A stretch of DNA of 64,000 nucleotides, taken from positions 104,295-168,294 of the forward strand of contig CAVPGK010000013.1 of assembly GCA_963703955.1 (NCBI GenBank), in the 5' to 3' direction. The notes under the pieces were generated by a model. The model saw only the letters and a list, made by a program, of their open reading frames with translations, was not told the origin of the DNA and did no database searches. Numbering within the stretch: position 1 is the first letter of the stretch; every line of letters starts with the position of its first letter. Below are positions 45,062-52,488 of the stretch, one piece after another. Origin of the DNA: Nitrospirota bacterium (GTDB taxonomy: Bacteria > Nitrospirota > Nitrospiria > Nitrospirales > Nitrospiraceae). Made by a program: the position numbers and the translations under genes.

Positions 45062-45756
45062 CTACGAGAGAAAGGCCTTTCTCACGCGAATCAGAAAGTG
45101 ATCAAGAACTTTCGGATCGGCTTCATGACGGCAGTGAGAGAGAAGACCGGTGGCGACTTCTGTCCAAAGCTCCGCGAGGTCGATCACTTCACCTGCGCGG
45201 AAGGGGGCGTCTTTGAGGTCTGCAATGGTCTTGCCGATCGGCGTGTCGGCAATCCGAATGGTGAAACGGCCGGTCTCCAGGAGCTCACACAGGTTGTACA
45301 GGACACGTATAGAGGCGGCGGCATATTTTGCAGGCCGTCCATCTTTTTCTCCAAGAACTTCTTCCGTTGGTTGAGGGCATATCCGACGAAGGATTCGTAG
45401 GCTCGTTGGGGAGACCAGACTGAGGGGAACAGCGATCTGAGTTCCTCTCCCCAATGATCCATCGTGACGACCGGCGCCAGAAAGGTTTCCAGGATCAACG
45501 GCTGGCACTCGGCGGCGAGCGACAGGAAGAGGCCGATCTCCCAGGCGCTTTCATCTGCGACGCTCTTGATCATGCGAGCGCCTTGATACCTATAGCCGAC
45601 GCGAAACATCTCCGCCGTCGGGACCACGAACACGCTGCGGTAGTCCGCGTCGCTTTCAGGACCCGCGAGCCCGTGAGCCTGTGACCCAACAAGCACTTTC
45701 AAAATCGTGTGTTTGGTGTCCCTGGCTTCGGATCGCATTTCAGGGATCCCGTGCAC
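45062..45756 (-). pseudogene. nucleotidyltransferase (RlaP/YcgL-like) gene with a frameshift in an A-run
   Basis: The N-terminal part (..KVLVGSQAHGLAGPESDADYRSVFVVP..FVGYALNQRKKFLEKK) is in ORF 45184..45756. The C-terminal part (DGRPAKYAAASIRVLYNLCELLETGRF..) is in ORF 45062..45508. One extra A at about 45343..45349 restores a single frame. Confidence 0.7.
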
Positions 45757-45817
45757 AAAACCTTGCGCATCGCTCCTTCTCCTCGTTCGATTGACGTCCT
45801 GTCACCCGCGGTGTCAC

Positions 45818-46190
45818 TCAGTGACCGTTCGTGACGAACACGGCGTGCTGGACCGTGATATCCCTGAAGACCTGTCGCTTCTTGATACTGTGGCGCTCTT
45901 CCGAGCTCAACAGTTCGGCCAGTGTCTTGACCGCCTCGATCACGTGTTCGCCCTTGTTCAGCATCACGCATTCCGCCCGCTGCCCCATCGCCGCATCGGT
46001 GATCTCGGCGCGGGCGGGCATCCCGCGCTTGGCCAGGGTGTCAAGCACCTGGGTCGCCCAGATCACCGGAACGTGAAAGCAACTGTTCCAGAAGGTCGGG
46101 CTGGGGGAATGGTGTCGGTGCGGTTACCGATCTCTCTCAGCTCTTCTTGGTGGTTCTGGGCATGAAACTTTCCGACAACTCAGCACTGGC
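45818..46190 (-). pseudogene. pyruvate-kinase-like gene fragment (about 120 codons, multiply frameshifted)
   Basis: ORF 45818..46066 reads [46 protein letters not shown], like PK motifs PVI.ATQMLESM..PTRAE..D.A..V. Upstream pieces ([10 protein letters not shown] / QPDLLEQLL) lie in other frames. The rest of a ~470-aa PK is absent. Confidence 0.45.
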
Positions 46191-46192
46191 AC

Positions 46193-46657
46193 TTACAGCC
46201 AATAGTTGGCGAGCGCCTTCGCATACCCATAGAGCAGATCCCGCCGCGCCACGATGCCGACGAGGGTCTTCTCCCTGACCACAGGCACACGGATCAACAA
46301 GTCGCGCTGGAACAGCACCATTAGGTCGGTGAACGGCATGTCTTCCGTGACGGTCGCCACGGTACGGGTCATGATGTCTTCAGCCTTCACATCTCGCAGG
46401 TCCTTGCCTTCGTCCAGCGCCTTCAGCAGATCGAATTCATCGACGAGCCCAAGGAAAGTCTGATACAAGTCAACGACGGGGACGCTCCCAAAGTTCTGTT
46501 TCGTCAGGATTTCTGCGATGGTCAACCCTGATGTCTCCAGGCGCACGGTCATCACAGCGTTCTGCATCAGCTGGCGCACGGTCAGGGTCTTGGGATCTTC
46601 GCTTATGACCTTGTACTCTGTCGCTCTCATAAGTCCTCCTTTGTTCTCCGACGTCAT
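46193..46657 (-). CDS. CBS domain pair protein
   Basis: 154 aa with two CBS repeats (..GSVPVVDLYQTFLGLVDEFDLL.., ..RVPVVREKTLVGIVARRDLL). Confidence 0.85.
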   Translation of the reverse strand: MTSENKGGLMRATEYKVISEDPKTLTVRQLMQNAVMTVRLETSGLTIAEILTKQNFGSVPVVDLYQTFLGLVDEFDLLKALDEGKDLRDVKAEDIMTRTVATVTEDMPFTDLMVLFQRDLLIRVPVVREKTLVGIVARRDLLYGYAKALANYWL

Positions 46658-46735
46658 TCGACGTCATCGTTACGCAGTAGAGTGAGTCGTACCCACACCG
46701 CCTTTCGTTTCGCCAAGCACCTATCTCGCGTCAAG

Positions 46736-46751
46736 AGCACCGCATCCGCCA
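46736..46751 (-). promoter_or_regulatory. weaker sigma-54-like motif TGGCGGatgcgGTGCT
   Basis: The GG-N10-GC spacing is correct and it lies about 80 nt upstream of the CBS start at 46657. The -12 region is GTGC rather than TTGC. Not anchored by a tracked ORF. Confidence 0.3.
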
Positions 46752-46766
46752 AAAACGCCAGTCGGT

Positions 46767-46931
46767 TCAGCTCTTCTTTGTCGTCCTGGCGATGAAACTG
46801 GTGATTAACTGTTGCATGTTCTTGCTGCTGCAGGCGGGACAGGTAACGGCCACGGTCTCATGCTCTTTGAGCGTCATGGCAATGAGGGATTCCTTTCCGC
46901 AATCCAGACACTTGTAGTCATACATGGGCAT
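46767..46931 (-). CDS. FmdB-family (CxxC_CxxC_SSSS) zinc-ribbon protein
   Basis: ORF track gives 46767..47009. I start it at MPMYDYKCLDCGK (ATG 46931). The second Cys pair is CPACSS. Confidence 0.75.
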   Translation of the reverse strand: MPMYDYKCLDCGKESLIAMTLKEHETVAVTCPACSSKNMQQLITSFIARTTKKS

Positions 46932-47293
46932 GGCTGACTTCGGTAAGGGTGCTCCTCTAGCTGGTTCCGGCCCTACTAGGCCCGGTCGGCACCGTTCGGC
47001 CGGGCTCACCTTGACTCTTGATGATAAGCATCTCCTCCCGAATGCAGAAACAGTGGGTGCTGACTGAGTATCGCAATCGCTATGCCGCTCTGATTTAATC
47101 CACTAATTGGTTGATTCATTGGGCGCTTGGCAATCCATCGGTCTCCATGAGGCCAACTATGAAGGGAGAACGCACTTCGGCTGGCGCATTATTCCTCACT
47201 GCCGGATTCCCTGATGATGACGAATGCCGCAGCATGGGAGGGTGAGCCCATGGCACCCTTTCTTCTCGGAACCTGATTGCGTATCCTGGTAGG

Positions 47294-48379
47294 ATGCCGG
47301 CCCTCCGACGACACCAACTCGAACAATACTTGCGAAATCGGTTCGGCTCTCGTGCCGAACTGTTGAGTTATGGGATTATCGGTCAGGAAACGTCCACCTC
47401 CGCGTTGAAAGGGTATGGCTATGGCGCGCCGATCCGACTCATCTTTCGGGTGGGGCGCACGGTTCGACGCGCAGTGCTTGAAACGATGAAGCCGGGACCG
47501 TTCGGTCACGAGCACGCGGCCGACCGCGCCCAGGCGCTCCTGTGGGACTTTGACTCATACGGGCGGTTGCCCCGACACGTGGCGGCCTTGGATGTCGGCG
47601 CTTTTACCGCTCGCGGTTCCATGTTCTCGGTGGCGGGGGCTCGGGAGTTTTTTGTCTTGAACGAATGGGCAGACGGAGAAGGCTACAGTCGGGACCTTGA
47701 GCGGCTGGCCCGAACCGGTCGATTGCTGAAGCGGGATCGAGAACGGACCGATGCGCTGGCGACCTACCTGGCCCAGATCCATCGAGTCAAACGCCGCCAG
47801 CCGGATCTCTACCGCCGCCGGCTCAGGGAATTGATCGGCCACGGCGAGTGCATTATGGGGCTGACGGATAGCTATCCGGAGCGTTTCGAATTCATCACGC
47901 CGGAGCTGCTCCGTTTGATCGAAGAGGGCTGCAATCGCTGGCGCTGGCGGTTGCGAAGTCGGTCGAGCCGTCTATCGCAGGTACACGGCGACTTTCATCC
48001 ATGGAATGTTCTGTTTCGGCGAGGGGTGGATTTCAGCGTGCTGGACCGCTCGCGCGGCGAATGGGGGGAACCGGCCGACGACGTCACATCCATGACGATC
48101 AACTATCTGTTTGCCTCGCTGTGTCGCTGGGGGGACCTGCGCGGTCCGTTTGAAGTGCTCTTCCGGGAATTCTGGGACCGATACATGACAAAGAGCGGTG
48201 ATTCGGAAGTGCTGGAAACGGCCGCCCCGTTCTTCGCGTTTCGCGGTCTTGTGATCGCAAGCCCTCTCTGGTATCCCAACCTGACGCGCGGGGTGCGTCT
48301 GAGCCTCTTCCGGTTCATTCAGAACGTCCTCGCGACGGAACGATTTGAGCCCGGCGAGGTCAATCGGTACCTCACGTAA
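47294..48379 (+). CDS. phosphotransferase (APH/choline-kinase-like) family protein
   Basis: 361 aa with catalytic HGDFHPWNVLF and a downstream LDRSRGEWGEPADDV. Confidence 0.85.
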   Translation: MPALRRHQLEQYLRNRFGSRAELLSYGIIGQETSTSALKGYGYGAPIRLIFRVGRTVRRAVLETMKPGPFGHEHAADRAQALLWDFDSYGRLPRHVAALDVGAFTARGSMFSVAGAREFFVLNEWADGEGYSRDLERLARTGRLLKRDRERTDALATYLAQIHRVKRRQPDLYRRRLRELIGHGECIMGLTDSYPERFEFITPELLRLIEEGCNRWRWRLRSRSSRLSQVHGDFHPWNVLFRRGVDFSVLDRSRGEWGEPADDVTSMTINYLFASLCRWGDLRGPFEVLFREFWDRYMTKSGDSEVLETAAPFFAFRGLVIASPLWYPNLTRGVRLSLFRFIQNVLATERFEPGEVNRYLT

Positions 48380-48453
48380 GAATTTGTTGATTGACGGAGC
48401 TGGTGATTTGATGAGTTTGCAATGGGATCAATCTTTCAATCGACAAATCAATA

Positions 48454-49008
48454 ATGAGCAAATCAGCTCATGACAAGGCGTTCGCCATTTGGCTGACGGG
48501 ACTTCCGGCTTCCGGCAAGAGCACGATTGCGGCGGCGTTGCACCCTCGGCTTGAAGCGCTTGGCCTGCACGTCGAAGTGCTGGAGTCGGACGCCGTGCGT
48601 CGGATTCTCACACCCACACCGACCTACTCACACGAAGAACGCGACCTGTTTTACCGGGCGCTGGCCTTTCTATGCAGCCGGTTGGTCGCCCACGGGGTCA
48701 CGGTAATTGTCGATGCCACCGCGAACCGTCGCGTCTACAGGGATTTCGCCAGGAACCTCGTCCCGGATTTTCTCGAAGTGGCGGTTGAATGTCCGCTGGA
48801 CGTCTGCATGGCGCGCGATCGGAAGGGGACCTATCGCAAGGGACTGGCCGGCGAATCGACCACGGTGCCCGGACTTCAGGACGGTTACGAATCCCCGGTC
48901 TCTCCGGAACTGCGGATCGATAGCAGCCGCACCGAGTCTGGTCTTGCCGCTGATCGAATCCTCGCAACCCTACAGGAGCGACGGCTCATTTCAGCGGGGA
49001 GTGTATGA
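48454..49008 (+). CDS. cysC: adenylyl-sulfate kinase
   Basis: 184 aa with P-loop FAIWLTGLPASGKSTIAAAL and APS-kinase-like body. Confidence 0.8.
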   Translation: MSKSAHDKAFAIWLTGLPASGKSTIAAALHPRLEALGLHVEVLESDAVRRILTPTPTYSHEERDLFYRALAFLCSRLVAHGVTVIVDATANRRVYRDFARNLVPDFLEVAVECPLDVCMARDRKGTYRKGLAGESTTVPGLQDGYESPVSPELRIDSSRTESGLAADRILATLQERRLISAGSV

Positions 49009-49020
49009 CGTGATGGTTGG

Positions 49021-49884
49021 TCACCGGATGATCAGCACGGGGTAGGGAGCCAGGTGCAGGACCTTGTGGGACACGCTGCCCAGCAGAAACCGGGAGGCCC
49101 CTTTCCGTCCACGACTGCCGAGGAGGATCAGGTCCATCTTCATGTCTGTCGCGTGCTGAAGAATCGCGTGTACCGGAGATCCGATTGTCGTGACGGGGGT
49201 CGCCCGATACTGGACCGTAGACAGCTGAGCGGCTACATCCTCGACAAATCTGGAGGCGCTTCGCAACGCCATTTCCTTCATTGACTGGGTATCTGAGACT
49301 CGTTCAGTCCATATCGGGTGGGTGAATGGGAGCACCGTCAGGACCGTGATCTCGACCGGATTCTTGAACGGCTTCTTCTTGAAGAATCGGATGGCCGCCT
49401 CTGCATCGTCGAGACCTTCGATCGCCAGAAGCACCCGTCTCAAAGACAGGATCGGCGTGCGGATGGTCAACACGGGGCAGGGCGCGTAAGTCACTACCCG
49501 GTGGGACACGCTGCCGAAAGCGATTTCCTTGATCGGGCCAAGGCCCCGCGCTCCCATCACGATCAGATCCGCCCGTTCTTTTTCCGCGGTGGATACGATC
49601 ACTTCCGCCGGTATCCCGACTTCAAGATGCGTGGAGATGGGTCCCACCGTGTTCGGGAGAATCGAGGCGACCCGATTAACCAGGCGTTTACCGTCTTCCC
49701 GCATGCTTTGTTCAACCATTGTGGAAAGCTCGCGCACAGCCTCCGGGACGATCATGGGATAGGCGGGCTCCGGCACATCAAGCGCGTGAAGGACGATGAT
49801 CTGTTCAGACGCAGGCAGGTGAGCAAGTGCTCGGGCTGCGTTATAGGACTGTTCTGAGTCGTCCACTGGCAACAGAATGCGCAA
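49021..49884 (-). CDS. universal stress protein (tandem USP domains)
   Basis: 287 aa with two UspA repeats (..DLIVMGARGLGPIKEIAFGSVSHRV.., ..DLILLGSRGRKGASRFLLGSVSHKV..). Confidence 0.9.
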   Translation of the reverse strand: MRILLPVDDSEQSYNAARALAHLPASEQIIVLHALDVPEPAYPMIVPEAVRELSTMVEQSMREDGKRLVNRVASILPNTVGPISTHLEVGIPAEVIVSTAEKERADLIVMGARGLGPIKEIAFGSVSHRVVTYAPCPVLTIRTPILSLRRVLLAIEGLDDAEAAIRFFKKKPFKNPVEITVLTVLPFTHPIWTERVSDTQSMKEMALRSASRFVEDVAAQLSTVQYRATPVTTIGSPVHAILQHATDMKMDLILLGSRGRKGASRFLLGSVSHKVLHLAPYPVLIIR

Positions 49885-49907
49885 GGGACCCTCCGTAAAC
49901 TCGATCG

Positions 49908-50603
49908 TTATAGGTCACTGCCCAGGTTCGACACATAGCGCCGGAACCATCCGCCTGCGTGGTTGGCGACCTGTTCCAGCGCTCCCGGCTCTTCGAAGAG
50001 ATGCGTCGCTCCCGGTATGACGATGAGTTGCTTGGGACCCGTAAGCAAGGCGAGGGCCTGCCGGTTCATCTCAATGACGGGAAAGTCATGGCCCCCGACG
50101 ATCAGGAGGGTGGGCGCGAGAACTTGTCGCAAGTACGGTTCGGCAAGGTCCGGTCGCCCCCCTCGCGATACCACCGCGGCGACCGTTTCTGGCTGTCGAG
50201 CAGCAGCCTGGAGAGCCGCCCCGGCACCGGTGCTTGCCCCGAAATAGCCGATGCGCAGCGCGCGTGTGCCTGGATCGTCATTCAGCCACTGAGTGGCTGC
50301 TAGTAGGCGGTCGGCCAGCAGGTCAATGTCGAACACCTTCGCGCGATCTTCAGATTCTCCTTCTCCCAACAGATCGATCATGAGAGTGGCCAGGCCGCTG
50401 TCCTGCAGGGTGCGCGCGACGAACGTATTACGAGGACTCAGCCGCCCGCTGCCGCTTCCATGCGCGAACAGCACGACACCGGTCGGACCGGGCGGGACGA
50501 CAAGGAGACCATCAAGAGTCATCCTCCCGGCTTTCACCTGAACTGGACGGGTTGTTCTCACGTCCATCGTCGGCCAACCAGATGAACTCCGTGCGTGCGC
50601 CAT
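49908..50603 (-). CDS. dienelactone hydrolase family (alpha/beta hydrolase) protein
   Basis: 231 aa. ..VLFAHGSGSGRLSPRN.. and nucleophile elbow YFGASTGAG. Confidence 0.85.
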   Translation of the reverse strand: MAHARSSSGWPTMDVRTTRPVQVKAGRMTLDGLLVVPPGPTGVVLFAHGSGSGRLSPRNTFVARTLQDSGLATLMIDLLGEGESEDRAKVFDIDLLADRLLAATQWLNDDPGTRALRIGYFGASTGAGAALQAAARQPETVAAVVSRGGRPDLAEPYLRQVLAPTLLIVGGHDFPVIEMNRQALALLTGPKQLIVIPGATHLFEEPGALEQVANHAGGWFRRYVSNLGSDL

Positions 50604-50639
50604 GCCTGATCACTCAACTAATACCTTCGGCGGGATATT

Positions 50640-50732
50640 TCAATGACATTCGGTCGGGCAGAAAACAATATACAGAAAGATCGCGATTCCGATGAGGACG
50701 GCGCCGACTATCAGCCAGGTGGTTCGTTGCAT
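50640..50732 (-). CDS. 30-aa membrane micro-ORF with Cys/His C-terminus (not in ORF track)
   Basis: Own translation: MQRTTWLIVGAVLIGIAIFLYIVFCPTECH*. AAGAGGA lies 5 nt upstream. It sits 36 nt upstream of the DLH gene. Confidence 0.35.
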   Translation of the reverse strand: MQRTTWLIVGAVLIGIAIFLYIVFCPTECH

Positions 50733-50778
50733 GCGGTCCTCTTTATAACTGACCTTCGTCCATCGCAATTCGCTATGC

Positions 50779-50793
50779 GCAAGAGCGGTGCCA
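50779..50793 (-). promoter_or_regulatory. sigma-54-type promoter TGGCACcgctcTTGC
   Basis: Perfect -24 hexamer and TTGC -12 element, 47 nt upstream of the micro-ORF ATG. Confidence 0.55.
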
Positions 50794-50843
50794 ATACTAA
50801 TCAGCCGAAATGACCAGAGGCTGTCGACGCGATGGAGAGGTCT

Positions 50844-50860
50844 TGTAGCCTTCTGCTACA
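50844..50860 (-). promoter_or_regulatory. palindrome TGTAGC-AGAAG-GCTACA between two divergent sigma-54 promoters
   Basis: It lies 51 nt from the minus-strand -24 element and 117 nt from the plus-strand one. Anchored through ORF 50797..51084 (PVAEGYK). Confidence 0.45.
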
Positions 50861-50976
50861 GGGGTGCCGGTGTGACTGTCGCAGGACTCCCCATTGGTTC
50901 CCGCTAAGTCTTCGTTCTCCATCGCGGAATGCGCGCCGTTTTCAGCCAAACTCTCATCGCTTGAAATTGCGAGAAA

Positions 50977-50991
50977 TGGCATTTCCCTTGC
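50977..50991 (+). promoter_or_regulatory. sigma-54-type promoter TGGCATttcccTTGC
   Basis: Anchored through ORF 50832..51035 (MAFPLL = atggcatttcccttgctc). It lies 35 nt upstream of the hemerythrin ATG. Confidence 0.55.
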
Positions 50992-51025
50992 TCCATGAAC
51001 CACCGAGCACAAGCAAAGGGACGTT

Positions 51026-51490
51026 ATGGGCATGATCACCGACTTTATGGCGAAGGACCATGATCGGTTGGACAACCTGTTCAATCGATTTCACGCTGCA
51101 AAGGCGACGGAAATCGAATCCGCCATACGGCTATTTTCGGAGTTCAAGCGTGGGCTGCAGCGCCACATTCTCTGGGGAGAGCACATTCTCTTCCCCGTGT
51201 TTGAGAGCCGCACCGGCATGGAGGAGCAGGGTCCTACCGCCGTCATGCGTACGGAGCATCGTCAGATCAAAGGGTTTCTCGAGCAGATCCATGACCACCT
51301 CGCGAAGAAAGAGACGGATACGGACGGTTTCGAACAGGATTTGGTCGAGACCCTTGCCAAACATAACCGGAAGGAAGAAACTGTTCTCCGTGGGTCGACC
51401 GATGCGTATCCGGACGGAAGCAGAGGCCTTGATAACTCGCATGAAGGTCGTTCCGGAGGAGGAATACCATCACTGCTGCGGATCGAGTGA
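51026..51490 (+). CDS. hemerythrin (HHE cation-binding) domain protein, C-terminus probably frameshifted
   Basis: DHDRLDNLF..H..EE..LFPVFE..EH..I and KHNRKEETVL are hemerythrin-like His/Glu motifs. After about 51386 the +1 frame (LFSVGRPMRIRTEAEALITRMKVVPEEEYHHCCG.., stop 51524) looks more like the family tail. Confidence 0.8.
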   Translation: MGMITDFMAKDHDRLDNLFNRFHAAKATEIESAIRLFSEFKRGLQRHILWGEHILFPVFESRTGMEEQGPTAVMRTEHRQIKGFLEQIHDHLAKKETDTDGFEQDLVETLAKHNRKEETVLRGSTDAYPDGSRGLDNSHEGRSGGGIPSLLRIE

Positions 51491-51534
51491 TGTTCAGCAT
51501 GATGAAGGAAAGTCCGCCGTCTGAAGGAGGAACT

Positions 51535-52053
51535 GTGGCGAACGGATTGTTTCCGAAGATTCTGGTTCCTATCGATTTCTCAGCTTGCTCGGAAGAAGCC
51601 TTCCGAGTGGCCCTGGCGCTTGCTCGGGTGTTTCTATCCGAAGTGCTGCTTCTGCACGTCGTCGATACGAAGAGCCTCGCGACCCTGAACGGGCTGGGCC
51701 TTGCTCGCCCTTCCGAGGAGGTAGCCCAAAGGAAGCGCCTGAACCACCAGGCTCGCCTGAATGCTCGTCGACTCGTCAATTCGGATGCGGCAAAGGGCGT
51801 TCCGATTCGGCGACTCGTCTTGGAAGGCTCTCCCTTCATCGAAATCGCGCGCACCGCGAGGACCGAGCAGGCCAGCTTGATCGTGATGGGCAGCTATGGG
51901 GGACAAACCGGAAACGTGGAAAAGATTTTCTTCGGGAGCACCGCCGAGAAAGTCGTACGGACCGGGGGGTGTCCTGTGCTGTGTGTTCCGTTGCCGGGCC
52001 GTCCGACCACGCACCCGACACCGGCCGCCTTGCGGCCCAAGGAGGAACGATGA
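51535..52053 (+). CDS. universal stress protein (single USP domain)
   Basis: The ORF track starts at 51487. GTG 51535 has AGGAGG 4 nt upstream and would follow the frameshift-corrected hemerythrin stop. Motifs: FPKILVPIDFS..LIVMGSYGG..FFGSTAEKVV. Confidence 0.85.
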   Translation: MANGLFPKILVPIDFSACSEEAFRVALALARVFLSEVLLLHVVDTKSLATLNGLGLARPSEEVAQRKRLNHQARLNARRLVNSDAAKGVPIRRLVLEGSPFIEIARTARTEQASLIVMGSYGGQTGNVEKIFFGSTAEKVVRTGGCPVLCVPLPGRPTTHPTPAALRPKEER

Positions 52054-52475
52054 GCCAGAGAGCATCATGGAGACGATGGAGCACTAGGTTGGTCCTAGCC
52101 GGATGCCTAACGGCAGGCGTGCTGGCACAGGCCGGCGCCCAGATTGAACAGCGCGTGGAGGTCACGATCAAAGACTTTACCTTTATCACCAAGCAGGTGC
52201 CGCTCATGCCGAATGTTCCTACCGTCATCACGATCCGAAATGACGATGAGGTACGACATGATTTCGGCTCGTCTGTTTTTCAGAACACCCTGACTCATGT
52301 GGAAAGCGACGGCGTCATTTCGTACGGACAAGGCATCGGCGGCCTGTTCCTGGATCCGAGCCGAGATGCGTCGGTGAGGTTCGTCATCGAACAACCGGGA
52401 CGATACGAATTTCGATGTTCGATTCATCCCAAGATGAGAGGGGAGCTTCTGTTACTGAACATCGGCGCCGTATAG
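52050..52475 (+). CDS. cupredoxin-like (plastocyanin/amicyanin-type) protein
   Basis: Internal ATG of ORF 51585..52475, with an ATGA overlap onto the USP stop. It has a signal peptide. Candidate copper ligands are H in DDEVRHDF and C-x2-H-x2-M in CSIHPKM. Confidence 0.8.
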   Translation: MSQRASWRRWSTRLVLAGCLTAGVLAQAGAQIEQRVEVTIKDFTFITKQVPLMPNVPTVITIRNDDEVRHDFGSSVFQNTLTHVESDGVISYGQGIGGLFLDPSRDASVRFVIEQPGRYEFRCSIHPKMRGELLLLNIGAV

Positions 52476-52488
52476 AACGGGAGTCTTC

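Larger units (their letters stand above)
50715..50940 (-). repeat. copy 2 of the non-coding leader (full-length version, contains a 47-nt insertion)
   Basis: Aligns with 24661..24840. The extra 47 nt lie at 50861..50907. It carries the promoter, the palindrome and the first codons of the micro-ORF. Confidence 0.85.

Noticed and set aside
47072-47087. Sigma-54-like CGGCATagcgaTTGCG upstream of the FmdB zinc-ribbon gene, and TGGCACcctttCTTCT upstream of the phosphotransferase gene at about 47250.
   Set aside because: The first lacks the T of TGGC and lies 140 nt from the start. The second lacks the invariant -12 GC. Both are too weak to call.
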